From the NCBI GenBank assembly GCA_963755475.1, contig CAVWJK010000003.1:1759386-1823385 (forward strand): a DNA stretch of 64,000 nt, given 5' to 3'. This document shows, in pieces, positions 11,701-22,969 of this stretch. This stretch comes from an uncultured Solirubrobacteraceae bacterium (GTDB lineage: Bacteria > Actinomycetota > Thermoleophilia > Solirubrobacterales > Solirubrobacteraceae). The position numbers and the translations under genes are program-made. The notes below the pieces were generated by a model. The model was given only the letters and a program-made list of their open reading frames with translations, did not search any database and was not told where the DNA came from. Numbering within the stretch: the stretch's first letter is position 1; every line of letters begins with the position of its first letter.

Positions 11701-12774
11701 ATGATCCCCACAGACACACTCCCCGACAGCGTGGGCGCTAAGGCCTGCGGACCGCCGCACAGCAGCGCCGACTCGAAGATCGCGTCGGGCGGGTCCGATG
11801 GGGCATCCTTGCAGGCGACGCTGGCGCGATATGCCCAGCCACACACCGGCCGGGCGCTCCTGGACCTCGCAACATCGGTGGTGGCCTATCTGGCGCTGTC
11901 GGTCGCGATGTACCTGGCGCTGGACGTCTCTGCGCTGCTGGTGATCGCCCTCGCATTCCCGACGGCGGCGCTCTTGGTGCGGACCTTCATCGTCTTTCAC
12001 GACTGCTCGCACGGCTCGTTCCTGCGATCCCGGCGCGCGAACCGGTGGCTGGGGACGGTGCTCGGCCTGTTTCTCTATATGCCCTTCCTGCGCTGGCGCC
12101 ACGACCATGCCGTCCACCACGCCACCTCGGGGGACCTCGAGCGCCGCGGGGTGGGCGACGTACGCACGCTCACGATCGCCGAATATCACGCCCTGGACCG
12201 GCGGGGCCGGCTGGGCTATCGGCTGCTGCGCAATCCGCTCGTGATGTTCGGCCTCGGGCCGATCGCCGCGATGATCATCGGCCCGCGGATCGTCGCCAAG
12301 GGCGCGCGCCCGCGGATGCGAAACAGCGTGATCGCCACCAATGCCGCGCTCGCGGTGCTGGTGGGCGGGCTGTGCTGGCTGATCGGCTGGCGCGACTATC
12401 TGCTCGTGGCCGGGCCGCCGGCGCTGCTGGCGGGGTCGGTCGGGATCTGGCTGTTCTACGTCCAGCATCAGTTCGAGGACGCCTACTGGGAGAGCGCAGG
12501 CGAGTGGAGCTACGCCGATGCTGCGCTGCGCGGCAGCTCATATCTGAAGCTGCCCAAGCTACTCCAGTTCGCCACCGGCAACATCGGCTTTCACCACGTG
12601 CATCACCTCAGCGCCCGCATCCCCAACTACAACCTGCAGCGGGCGCACGACGAGAACGCGATCTTCCACGACGTGCCGACGCTGTCGCTGTGGGACGGCG
12701 TGCGCGCGGTGTCGCTCAAGCTGTGGGACGAGCAGGACAGGCGGCTGGTGACGTTCGCCCAGGCGCGCCGCTAG
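11701..12774 (+). CDS. Membrane fatty acid desaturase (Des-like)
   Basis: His boxes HDCSH, HDHAVHH and HHVHH; YVQHQFE. Confidence 0.93.
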   Translation: MIPTDTLPDSVGAKACGPPHSSADSKIASGGSDGASLQATLARYAQPHTGRALLDLATSVVAYLALSVAMYLALDVSALLVIALAFPTAALLVRTFIVFHDCSHGSFLRSRRANRWLGTVLGLFLYMPFLRWRHDHAVHHATSGDLERRGVGDVRTLTIAEYHALDRRGRLGYRLLRNPLVMFGLGPIAAMIIGPRIVAKGARPRMRNSVIATNAALAVLVGGLCWLIGWRDYLLVAGPPALLAGSVGIWLFYVQHQFEDAYWESAGEWSYADAALRGSSYLKLPKLLQFATGNIGFHHVHHLSARIPNYNLQRAHDENAIFHDVPTLSLWDGVRAVSLKLWDEQDRRLVTFAQARR

Positions 12775-12820
12775 GCCAGCGCGGCGACGGCGTCGGCGTA
12801 GGGGCCGCGCTTGATCGCGG

Positions 12821-13570
12821 TCATGCCGCGCTCCCCGCGTGCGTGGGCAACAACTGCGCGGTGGCCTCGCCGTCGGCGATCACGCTGCCGTCCTCGGAGA
12901 TCAGCTGCAGGCGGATGTGGCCTGTCCGCGCGAGCTCGCGCGGACGGCGCCGCGTGCTCGCGGGGGTGCCGCCGAGCGCCGCGCAGGCGGCGTCTGCGAG
13001 CTCGTCCTCGTATGCGCGCAGGGGGGAGCTCAGGTGCCCCGCCAGCGATCGTCGGGCAATCGCGTGAACCGGGCCGGACACGATCGCATTGAGCATCAGC
13101 ATCGAGATCGGGCGGATCTGCCCGCTCTGCAGCAGCGGGGCCATCCAGTCGCGGTAGGCCTGCGCGAGGGTGCGGTTGAGCTCCTGGATCTGGGCACCGG
13201 CGGGCGAGTCCCAGTCGAGGTGTCCGCGCATGTACAGAAATCGTGCGCGGTCCTCGTTGTCCTCGATCCAGCGCAGCTGGTGGGAGATCGTGCCGGCGAC
13301 CGCCGCGCGCAGCGAGCGCGGCCGGAGTTCCAGCAACTCCCACAAGCCCTGCTGGAAGGACGCGATCGCGTCGACGTGCAGCGCGTCGGCAATCGCCTCC
13401 TTGGTGGGGAAGTGGTGAAACAGAGCGCCGTTTGACACGCCGCTTCGCTGGCGGATCCGCGCGATCGTCGTCTGCTCGTAGCCCGACTCCAAAAAGCAGG
13501 CGAGCGCGGCTTCGAGGATGCGGCTGCGCGTGTCCATTGTCACCCCACTGACCATCTCGTTGGCTCCCAC
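12821..13570 (-). CDS. TetR-family regulator
   Basis: TRSRILEAA...GVSNGALFHHFPTKEA. Confidence 0.9.
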   Translation of the reverse strand: MGANEMVSGVTMDTRSRILEAALACFLESGYEQTTIARIRQRSGVSNGALFHHFPTKEAIADALHVDAIASFQQGLWELLELRPRSLRAAVAGTISHQLRWIEDNEDRARFLYMRGHLDWDSPAGAQIQELNRTLAQAYRDWMAPLLQSGQIRPISMLMLNAIVSGPVHAIARRSLAGHLSSPLRAYEDELADAACAALGGTPASTRRRPRELARTGHIRLQLISEDGSVIADGEATAQLLPTHAGSAA

Positions 13571-13574
13571 TGAC

Positions 13575-13605
13575 TTGACAGAGTAGCACTCTAGAGGAAT
13601 ACTCT
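13575..13605. promoter_or_regulatory. TTGACA box followed by tandem palindromes AGAGTAGCACTCT and AGAGGAATACTCT (candidate TetR operators)
   Basis: Read directly in the divergent gap between TetR and the acyl-CoA dehydrogenase. Confidence 0.6.
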
Positions 13606-13692
13606 ATAGCGTAACGGACGATCGCTCCATCCGCGGGGCGACGCGAGAACACGCCGACAACGAGAACACCGGCAAGAGCGACAGGAGCCAAC

Positions 13693-14892
13693 ATGCAAGC
13701 CAGCACACTCGCCACGCAGTCAGCGCCCTTTGACCTGCCGCCCGCTCTTGCCGAGATCCAGGCGCAGGCGCAGGAGCTCGCCGAGCGCTTTGCGCAGCGC
13801 CACCGAGAGGTGCGCCTGTACCCCTTCGAGCATGGCGAGCTGTATCCCGAGCTATGGAGCGAGATCTGCGAGCGTGGCTGGGCCGGCCTGCTCGTTCCGA
13901 GCGCACACGGCGGCCGCGAGGGCGGACTGCTCGCCTATGTGCTCATCATGGAGGCGCTCGCCGCGCGCAACCTGATCCTGTGGATGCCCGTCCTCACCGG
14001 CGCGATCGGCCACGCGATCGCAGAGGTCGGCCCCGAGCACACGCGCGAGCGCTGGCTCGAGCGAATCGCCTCGGGGGAGACCTTCCTGGCCCTGGCGGTG
14101 ACCGAGCCGCAGTGCGGCCACAACGTGTTTCGCAGCAAGACCACCGTGCGCCGCGAGGGCGACCGCTTTGTGGTCAATGGCCTGAAGGCCGTCACCTCGG
14201 GGACCGACCTCGCCGAGCGCGTGCTCGTGTTCGGGCGCGCACCCCACGAGGAGGGCACGCCCCCGCAGTTCACGACCGTGTTCGTCGACCCGGACTCGCC
14301 CGGCATCGAGCGCGAGGAGCTGCCCATGCGCTGGCGCGAGGGCGCGCGTCAGTTCCAGCTGACCTTCAATGACGTCGAGGTTCCGCTCGATGAGCTCGTC
14401 GGAGCCGAGGGGCAGGGACTGCTCGTGCTGTGGCCGTTCACCCACATCGAGCGTCTCCTGACCGCGGGACTGACGATCGGCAGCGCCCGCTACTGCGTCT
14501 CGCGCGCACTCGCGCGCGCCGGCGAGCGGACGATTTTCGGCAAGCTTCCGATCGGCGCCGAGCAGGCGATCGGGCATCCGCTCGCCTACCTGCACGCGCG
14601 CATCGAGGCGACCCAACTGCTCGTCTACCGGGCAGCCCACCAGTTCGACGCGGGCGCCGACACAATGGCGATCGCCGGCCAGGCCAACATGGCAAAGCTG
14701 CTTGGCGCCGACCTGCTGTTCGACGCCGCCGACCACGCGATGCAAACACTCGGCGCCCAGGCTTGGGACGAGCGCGAGGGCATGATCGACCTGTTCCTCG
14801 ACGCCAGGGCCGCTCGCTCAGCCCCCATCTCCCAGGAGCTCGCGCTCAACTTCATCGCCCAGCACGTGCTCGGCCTGCCCAGCCACCGCTGA
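13693..14892 (+). CDS. Acyl-CoA dehydrogenase family protein
   Basis: ALAVTEPQCG, VVNGLK, RTIFGKLPIGAEQAI, AMQTLGA. Confidence 0.9.
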   Translation: MQASTLATQSAPFDLPPALAEIQAQAQELAERFAQRHREVRLYPFEHGELYPELWSEICERGWAGLLVPSAHGGREGGLLAYVLIMEALAARNLILWMPVLTGAIGHAIAEVGPEHTRERWLERIASGETFLALAVTEPQCGHNVFRSKTTVRREGDRFVVNGLKAVTSGTDLAERVLVFGRAPHEEGTPPQFTTVFVDPDSPGIEREELPMRWREGARQFQLTFNDVEVPLDELVGAEGQGLLVLWPFTHIERLLTAGLTIGSARYCVSRALARAGERTIFGKLPIGAEQAIGHPLAYLHARIEATQLLVYRAAHQFDAGADTMAIAGQANMAKLLGADLLFDAADHAMQTLGAQAWDEREGMIDLFLDARAARSAPISQELALNFIAQHVLGLPSHR

Positions 14893-14927
14893 GCGTGCCA
14901 GCCGCGCGCTGTTAGGATCGCGCGGCC

Positions 14928-15785
14928 ATGCCGGACAACCCGAACCGAGGCGCGGTCTTGATCACCGGCGCGTCAACGGGCATAGGGCGGGCCTGTGCCG
15001 AGCATCTGGACAGCCTGGGCTTCACGGTGTTCGCGGGCGTGCGCAAGCAGTCAGACGCAGACTCGCTGCGCGAAACTGGATCGGGGCGCACGCAGGCGCT
15101 GATGCTCGACGTCACCGACAGCCAGTCGATCGCCGCCGCGATGGGCAGCGTCGAGCAGGCCGCACCGGCCGGTCTTGCCGGACTCGTCAACAACGCCGGC
15201 ATCGCGGTTGCCGGACCGCTCGAGTTCGTGACGCTCGACGATTGGCGCCGCCAGCTCGAGGTCAACTTCATCGGCCAGGTCGCCGTCACCCAGGCGGCGC
15301 TGCCCACGCTGCGCAGGGCACGGGGGCGAATCGTCAACATGACCTCGATCGGGGGTCGCCTCGCCAGCCCGTTCCTTGGGCCTTACAGCGCGTCGAAGTA
15401 CGCGCTCGAGGCGATCACCGACTCGCTGCGACTGGAGTTGCGCCCGTTCGGCATCGAGGTCGCGGCCGTCGAGCCGGGAGCGGTGGCCACACCGATCTGG
15501 GGCAAGGGCCGCGCCGAAGCCGAGCAGGCGACGGCGAACATGCCAGCGCAGGCCATGCAGCTGTATCGCGCGGGGATCGAGGCCCTACCCAAGATCATCG
15601 CCCAGGCCGAGCGCTCAGGGGTGGCGCCCCTGGAGGTCGCTCGGGCAGTGGCGCACGCGCTAACGGCGAGCCGACCCAAGACCCGCTACGTGGTGGGACG
15701 CGACGCCAAGGGACGCCTTTTTCTCACGCGACTTCTACCCACCCGTGTGATGGACAGGATCGTCGCGCGCGCAATGGGGATCTGA
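14928..15785 (+). CDS. Short-chain dehydrogenase/reductase
   Basis: TGASTGIG, NNAG, YSASK. Confidence 0.93.
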   Translation: MPDNPNRGAVLITGASTGIGRACAEHLDSLGFTVFAGVRKQSDADSLRETGSGRTQALMLDVTDSQSIAAAMGSVEQAAPAGLAGLVNNAGIAVAGPLEFVTLDDWRRQLEVNFIGQVAVTQAALPTLRRARGRIVNMTSIGGRLASPFLGPYSASKYALEAITDSLRLELRPFGIEVAAVEPGAVATPIWGKGRAEAEQATANMPAQAMQLYRAGIEALPKIIAQAERSGVAPLEVARAVAHALTASRPKTRYVVGRDAKGRLFLTRLLPTRVMDRIVARAMGI

Positions 15786-15854
15786 CGGCCTGCCTCTTTA
15801 GCGCGAGGTCTCTGCCAGACCCTGGCAACATCCCGATCCGATCCGTGGGGGCGT

Positions 15855-15880
15855 TGATCCGCAGCGTGATGTGATGCGAA
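15855..15880 (+). promoter_or_regulatory. Putative ECF promoter TGATCC-N16-CGAA
   Basis: Lies 8 nt before the ATG at 15889; same geometry as 2898-2923. Confidence 0.6.
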
Positions 15881-15888
15881 GCACAAGT

Positions 15889-17168
15889 ATGAGGATCGCG
15901 ATCATCGGCGCAGGAGTGTCCGGGCTCGTATGCGCCCACCAGCTGCACGCAGATCACGAGATGGTGCTGTTCGAGGCGGGCGATCGCGTCGGCGGGCACG
16001 CCAACACGGTGCGTGTCGAGACCGACGCGGGGGACCACGACATCGACACGGGCTTCATCGTCTTCAACGACCGCAACTACCCGAACTTCGAAGCGCCTGC
16101 TCGGCCGAGCTCGGCGTCGCCACGCAGCCATCGCACGATGAGCTTCGGCGTCAGCGACGGGGCCGGCGACTTCGAGTACAACGGCGCCTCGCCGAACGGC
16201 CTGTTCGCCACGGCGCAGCACACCTGATCACGCCGTCGTTCCACCGGATGATCGCCGACCTCGTGCGCTTCAACCGCGACGCCCGCGAGCTGCTCGCGCT
16301 CGAGACGAGGAGCCCGTCGCTGCGGCGAGTGGCTTGAGCAGCAGGCGCTATCTCGCGCGCGTTCGTCGAGCGGCTGATCGTGCCGCAGGCCGTCGGCCGT
16401 GTGGTCGGCCGACCCGGCGCAGATGTGGTCGCTTCCCGGCGCGCTTCCTGGTCGAGTTCTTCGACAACCACGGCATGCTCGGGTTCCGCGGACCGGCCGC
16501 GCTGGCGGACGATCAGCGGCGGCTCGCGCGCTACGTCGAGGCGCTCACGCGCCCTGGCGCGAGCGGCTGCGGCTCGGCAGCGCCGGTCACCGAGCGTCGC
16601 GCGCCACGCCGATCACGTCGATCGATCAGCCGCGCGGCGGCGAGCCCGAGCGCTTCGACGCAGGTCGTGATCGCCACCCACTCCGACCAGGCGCTCGCGC
16701 TGCTCGCCGACCCCAGCGAGCGCGAGCGCGAGCTGCTCGGCGCGATCCCCTACCAGCGCAACGAGGCGGTGCTGCACACCGACCGCTCGCTGCTCCCGCG
16801 GCGCCGGCGCGCGTGGGCGAGCTGGAACTACCATCTCGCCGACGCGCCGCACGGGACGCTGCACGGTGACCTACCACATGAACCGGCTGCAGTCGCTGCA
16901 GCGCCGACCGCGAGTTCTGCGTCACGCTCAACCGCACCGACGCGATCGACCCGGCAGCGGATCATCCGCACGATCCGCTACGCCCACCCGGTCTACACGC
17001 CGGCGGGCGTCGCGCGCGCAGGCGCGCCACGCACGAGATCAGCGGACACAACCGCACGCACTACTGCGGCGCCTACTGGGGCTGGGGGTTTCACGAGGAC
17101 GGCGTGCGCAGCGCGCTGCGGGTGGTGGGCGAGCTCGGCGCGCGCGAGCGCTGGCGGCAGGCGCATGA
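15889..17168 (+). CDS. FAD-dependent oxidoreductase (COG2907, UfaD/Rv0449c-like), multiple frameshifts
   Basis: RIAIIGAGVSG, GGHANT, DTGFIVFNDRNYPNF, RRAWASWNY, GFHEDG. Confidence 0.87.
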
Positions 17169-17921
17169 CCGCGAGCGCGATCTACGAGGGCACGATCCGC
17201 CACCGCCGCTTCGCCGTGCGCGCGCACGAGTTCCGCCACCGCCTCGCGCTCGCGTACCTCGACCTCGACGAGCTCGACGGCGCTGCTCGGCGGCCGGCTC
17301 GTCGCCGCGGCGTCCGGGCCTGGTGCGCTTTCGCCGCGCGCGACTACCTCGGCGACCCCGCGTCGCCGCTCGCCGACGCCGTGCGCGACGCTGGTCGGCG
17401 CGCCGCACCGGCGAGCGCCCGACGGGCCCGATCCGCCTGCTGACGCAGCTGCGCACGTTCGGCCACTGCTTCAACCCGGTCAGCTTCTACTACTGCTTCA
17501 CGTGCGACGAGCGGCTGGAGGCGGTCGTGGCGGAGGTGACGAACACGCCCTGGGGCGAGCGCCACGCCTACGTGCTCGGGCGCACCAGCGAGCGGAGCCG
17601 GTGCTCGCGCGCCAGCTTGCGCCAAGGCAGCTGCACGTGTCGCCGTTCATGGGCATGCGACCAGCGCTACGAGTGGCGCGTGGCCGCGCCCGGCCCGACG
17701 CTCTCGGTCCACATCGAGAGCCACGAGCGACGGGCGAGCTCGCCTTCGACGCCACGCTCGCGCTGCGCCGCGCGCCGCTGACGCGCGCGGCACGCTGGCC
17801 CGCGTGACGGCGCGCTATCCAGCCGCGACGCTGCGCGTGCTCGCGCTGATCTACGGCCACGCGCTCGCGCTGAAGCTCAAGGGCGTGCCGGTCCACCCCC
17901 ACCCGGAGGTCGCCGGCGTGA
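17165..17921 (+). CDS. DUF1365 family protein (UfaO/Rv0448c-like), frameshifted
   Basis: SAIYEGTIRHRR, FNPVSFYYC, EVTNTPWGERHAY, HVSPFM; ATGA overlap with the upstream gene. Confidence 0.87.
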
Positions 17922-19152
17922 CGCGCTCACAGCGCGTCAGCGCGGCGGATCGCGCTGGGGCTGCTCGGGCGCCTGCGCTCGGGCCAGCTGACGATCGTCG
18001 AGGACGACCAGCGGCTCGTGCTCGGGTCGCGGCAGCCCGCAGGCGACGGTCGAGGTGCGCTCGCCCGCGGCTGTGGCCGATGCTGCTGCACGGCAGCCGC
18101 GGGCTGGCCGAGGCCTACATGGACGGGCCTGTGGGACTCGCCCGACCTGACCGCCGTCGTGCGGCGTGGCCGCGCGCAACGCCGCGGTCCTCGACGAGCT
18201 GGCGGCGCGCGGCTCGCGCCGCTGCGGGTGCCGCTGCAGACCGCGCGCGGCGTCGCGTGCGCGCAACACACGCGGCGCGCAGCCGCCGCGACATCGCCGC
18301 CCACTACGACCTCGGCAACGAGTTCTTCGCGCTGATGCTCGACGAGACGATGATGTACTCCTCGCGCCTACTTCCCGCGGCCGCGGGATGACGCTCGCGC
18401 GAGGCGTCGATCGGCCAAGCTCGAGCTGATCTGCCAGCAAGCTCGAGCTCGCGCCCGGGCGACCACGTGCTGGAGATCGGCACCGGCTGGGGCGGGTTCG
18501 CCATCCACGCCGCGCGAGACGCGCGGCTGCCACGTCACGACCACGACGATCTCGCGCGAGCAGCACGCGCTATGCCCGCGCGCGCGTGCGCGAGGCGGGC
18601 GCTCGAGGACCGCGTGACGGTGCTGTGCGAGGACTACCGCGATCTGCGCGGGCGCTACGACAAGCTCGTCTCGATCGAGATGATCGAGGCGGTCGGCTGG
18701 CGCGATTTCGGCGACGTTCTTCGCGCGCTGCTCGGATCTGCTCGCGCGACGACGGCTGCATGCTGCTGCAGGCGATCGTCGATCGACGACCGCGCCTACG
18801 ACGTCGAGAAGGCCTCGCGCAGCTTCATCCGCACCCACATCTTCCCCGGCGGCTGCCTGCCCTCGCTCGAGGTGATCGCGCGCAGCGTCGCCCGGCGCAC
18901 CGACATGCGAACGGTCGGGCTCGAGGACCTCACCCCCCACTACGCCGAGACGCTGCGGCGCTGGCGCGCGAACTTCGAGGCCGCCGGCGACGCGCCTGGC
19001 GGCGCTCGGCTACGACGAGCGCTTCCGCCGGCTGTGGCGCATGTACCTCGCCTACTGCGAGGCCGGCTTCGCCGAGCGGCGCATCGGCGTCGTGCAGATG
19101 CATCTGGCCAAGCCGGGATGGCGCGCGGGCGCCGCAGCGCTCCCAGACGTAG
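17918..19152 (+). CDS. Cfa-like SAM-dependent fatty acid methyltransferase, frameshifted
   Basis: DIAAHYDLGNEFF..LDETMMYS, LEIGTGWGG, SIEMIEAVG, IFPGGCLP, YLAYCEAGF. Confidence 0.87.
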
Positions 19153-19177
19153 ACAGCGTTGCTAGCGTCGTCGGGAC

Positions 19178-19932
19178 GTGCTGGGGATTGGACGCGGAAT
19201 ACGAGCCTGCCTGTTCGACCTCGACGGGGTGCTGACGCAGACCGCGAAGGTCCACGCGGCCGCCTGGAAGTAGACGTTCGACGAGTTCCTGCGCCGGCGC
19301 GCGCAGGAGCGAGGCGAGGATTTCGTGCCGTTCGACGCGGTCGGCGACTACAACGAATACGTCGACGGCAAGCCGCGATACGACGGCGTGCGCTCGTTTC
19401 TCGCGTCGCGGGAAATCGAGCTGCCGCGAGGGCGAGGCCGACGACCCGCCCGCCGCGCGAAACCGTGCACGGGCTCGGCAACCGCAAGAACGAGCTCGTG
19501 CTCGCGATGATCCACAAGGACGGCGTGGAGGCCTATCACGGGCTCGGTCGCGCTACGTACGCGCGGCCCGCGAGCGCGGGACTGCGCCGGGCGGTCGTCT
19601 CCTCGAGCAGCCAACTGCCGCGACGTGCTCGAGGCGGCCGGCATCGAGGATCTCTTCGAGGCGCGATCGTCGACGGGGTCAGCGCCGAGCGCGAGCACCT
19701 GAAGGGCAAGCCCGCGCCCGACACCTATCTCGCCGGCGCGCGGGCGCTCGGCGGTCGAGCCCGCAGGCGCGGCCGTCTTCGAGGACGCCCTCGCCGGGGT
19801 CGAGGCTGGGCGCGCGGGCGGCTTCGGCTTCGTCGTCGGGGTAGACCGGCTCGGCCAGGCCGATGCGCTGCGCGCACACGGCGCCGACGTCGTCGTCGGC
19901 GACCTCGCAGAGCTTCTGGACGCGAGCGATGA
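19178..19932 (+). CDS. Beta-phosphoglucomutase-family HAD hydrolase, frameshifted
   Basis: [41 protein letters not shown]. Confidence 0.85.
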
Positions 19933-22293
19933 TCCAGCATCCCGCCTTCCCGGTCGAGCCATGGACGGTGCGCGAGACCGCGCTGCACCTGGACCACCTC
20001 GCCCAGACGGAGTCGGTGTTCGCGCTTTCCAACGGGCACATCGGCCTGCGCGGCAACCTCGACGAGGGCGAGCCTTTCGGCATACCCGGCACCTACCTGG
20101 CCGGCCTCTACGAGGAGCGCCCCTGCCTTACGCCGAGGCCGGCTACGGCTACCCCGAGGCGGGCGAGACGGTGGTCAACGTCACCAATGGCAAGATCGTT
20201 CGCCTGCTCGTCGAGGACGAGCCGTTCGACATCCGCTACGGGGAGCTGCGCAAGCACGAGCGGGTGCTCGACTTGCGCGCGGCGTCCTGCGCCGCAGCGC
20301 CGAGTGGGCGTCGCCGACCGGGCGTATGGTGCGCGTCACCTCGACACGGCTGGTGTCCTTCTCGCAGCCGGGCGATCGCCGCGATCATGCTACGAGGTCG
20401 AGCCGCTGGCCGAGCGCATGCCCGTCGTCGTCCAGTCGGAGCTGGTCGCAAACGAGCCGTGCCCGGCGCGGCAGACGATCCGCGCGCGGCCGCGGCGCCG
20501 AACGCGCCGCTGCGCTCGGAGAGCAACCTGGTGAAGGGCGCCCGCGCGGTCGCTGGTGCACTGCACCCACTCCAGCGACCTGCGCATCGGCGCGGCGATG
20601 GACCACGCGATCGACGGCCCTGTGGGCACCGATGTCGACCAGGAGAGCATCGACGATCTCGCGCGCGTCACGATCACGGCCGACGTCGCGCCCGGAACGC
20701 CGCTGCGGGTCGTCAAGTTCCTCAGCTACGGCTGGTCGGGCGAGCGATCTCGTCGCGGCCATCCACGACCAGGTGAGCGCGGCGCTCGCCGAGCGCGGTG
20801 CGACGGCGGCTGGGAGGAGCTGCTGGCCGAGCAGCGCAGCTATCTCGACAGCTTCTGGGATCGTGCCGACGTCGAGCTGGACGGCGACGCGGAGCTGCAG
20901 CAGGCGGCCCGCTTTGCGCTCTTTCACATCCTGCAGGCGGGCGCCCGCGGCGAGAAGCGGCCGATCGCCGCCAAGGGGCTGACCGGGCCCGGCTACGACG
21001 GGCACACCTTCTGGGACACCGAGAGCTTCGTGCTGCCTGTCCTCACCTACACGTCGCCGCGCGCCGCCGCGCGATGCGCTGCGCTGGCGACACCGCACGC
21101 TCGACCTCGCGCGCGAGCGCGCGAGCCAGCTGGGGCTCGAGGGCGCCGCCTTCCCCTGGCGCACGATCGCGGGAAGGGAGTGCTCGAGCTACTGGCCGGC
21201 CGGCACCGCCGCGTTTCACATCAACGCCGACATCGCCGATGCCGTCGCGCGCTACTCAGGCGGCCACCGGCGACGACGAGCTTCGAGCACGAGGCGGGCA
21301 CCGACGCTGCTGGTCGAGACCGCGCGGTTGTGGCGCTCACTGGGCCATCACGACGCGGTCGGCGCTTCCGCATCGACGGGGTGACGGGACCCGACGAGTA
21401 CAGCGCCATCGCCGACAACAACGTCTACACAAACCTGATGGCGCAGCGCAACCTGCGCGCTGCGGCCGATGCCGCCGAGCGCCACCCGGCAACGGGCGAC
21501 CGAGCTGGGCGTCGATCCTGAGGAGCCGGCCCTGTGGCGTGACGCTGCGCAGAAGCGGTGGTGATCCCCTACGACGAGGCGCTCGCAGGTCCATCCTCAG
21601 GCGGAGGGCTTCACCGAGCACCAGGTCTGGGACTTCGAGGCGACGCAAGCCGAGCAGTACCCGCTGTTGCTGCACTTCCCCTACTTCGACCTGTACCGCA
21701 AGCAGGTCGTCAAGCAGGCCGACCTGGTGCTCGCGATGCACCTGCGCGGAGACGCTTTCAGCGATGAGCAGAAGGCCCGCAACTTCGCCTACTACGAGCC
21801 GCTGACCGTGCGCGACTCCTCGCTGTCGGCGTGCCCGCAGGCGGTCCTCGCGGCGAGCTCGGCCACCTCGAGCTCGCCTACGACTACCTGCGCGAGGCGG
21901 CGCTGATGGACCTGGAGGACCTCGAGCACAACACGCCGCGACGGGCTGCACATCGCGTCGCTGGCCGGGACGTGGATGGCGACGGTGGCGGGCTTCGGCG
22001 GCATGCGCGACCACGACGGACGGCTCACGTTCAAGCCGCGCCTGCCGCGTCCGCTCGAGCGCGTGGCCTTCCGCCTGGGCTTTCGCGGCCGGCGACTGTG
22101 TGTCGAGGTCAAACGCGAGCAGGCCACCTACACGCTGCTGGCAGGCGACCCGCTCGCGATCGCCCACCACGACGAAGATGTGACGGTCACCTCGGCCAGC
22201 CCGCTCGTTCGGCCGATCCCTGCGGCGCCCGAGCGCGAAGCTCCAAGTCAGCCATCCGGCCGAGATCCCAGGATGGGATCAGTCAAGCGGTGA
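19929..22293 (+). CDS. Glycoside hydrolase family 65 (trehalose/maltose phosphorylase-like), frameshifted
   Basis: [50 protein letters not shown]. Confidence 0.9.
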
Positions 22294-22394
22294 GCAGCGG
22301 GGGCTCGCCGTCGGATTCGGGCGGTCCGGCGCGATAGCGGCACGACAACATCCCGCTGTAGACTGATCTAGCGCCTATAAAGTAGACTTCGAGT

Positions 22395-22634
22395 ATGAGC
22401 ACGACCATCAGAGTGAGCGAGCCGACCAGGGATCGCTTTGCCAGGTTGGCGCAGGCGACTGGCCGTCCTATGAGCCAGCTGGTAGATGAGGCCGCCGACG
22501 CGCTCGAGCGGCGCGTGTTCTTCGATCAGCTCTCTGCTCGCTATGAGACCCTGCGCGCCGACCCAGACGCATGGAGCGAGATCGAGGCCGAGCGCGCTGT
22601 TGAGAGCGGCACGCTGCGTGACAGCTCGTCGTGA
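22395..22634 (+). CDS. Antitoxin, ribbon-helix-helix-like
   Basis: MSTTIRVSEPTRDR; GTGA overlap with the toxin; TAGACT -10-like box just before the ATG. Confidence 0.75.
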   Translation: MSTTIRVSEPTRDRFARLAQATGRPMSQLVDEAADALERRVFFDQLSARYETLRADPDAWSEIEAERAVESGTLRDSSS

Positions 22635-22969
22635 ACCCCCATCGCGGTGAGGTGTGGCTGGTCGACTTCGGCGACCCTGTCGGCCGCGAGCAGTCGGGCC
22701 GGCGACCCGCGCTCGTCGTCTCGGCCGATTCGCTGAACGAAAGCCGCGCAGGCGTCGTCGTGGTGGTTCCGATCACAAAGACCTATCGCGGCCTGCCGTC
22801 TCATGTGGAGATCGACCGAGGCGGATCAGGGCTCGACGAGGTCAGCTACGCAAAGTGCGAGGACGTCAAGTCCATCTCCGAGCAGCGGCTGATCGGCCGA
22901 CTCGGCGCCGTGGGTGAGGAAGTCATGTTCCAAGCCGCTCGCGCACTGCGCTTCCTGCTCGACCTATGA
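22631..22969 (+). CDS. mazF: PemK/MazF-family toxin
   Basis: RGEVWLVDFGDPVGREQSGRRPALVVS, VVPIT, CEDVKSIS..RL. Confidence 0.9.
   Translation: MNPHRGEVWLVDFGDPVGREQSGRRPALVVSADSLNESRAGVVVVVPITKTYRGLPSHVEIDRGGSGLDEVSYAKCEDVKSISEQRLIGRLGAVGEEVMFQAARALRFLLDL

Noticed and set aside
15080-15088. ATCGGGGCG match to the att core
   Set aside because: It lies inside the intact SDR gene with no arm sequences, so a chance match is likely in high-GC DNA.
15889-22293. Dense frameshifts suggesting pseudogenes or programmed frameshifting
   Set aside because: They are scattered single-base indels with motifs intact, and the same pattern hits ligA; sequence or consensus error is more likely. Read remapping would settle it.
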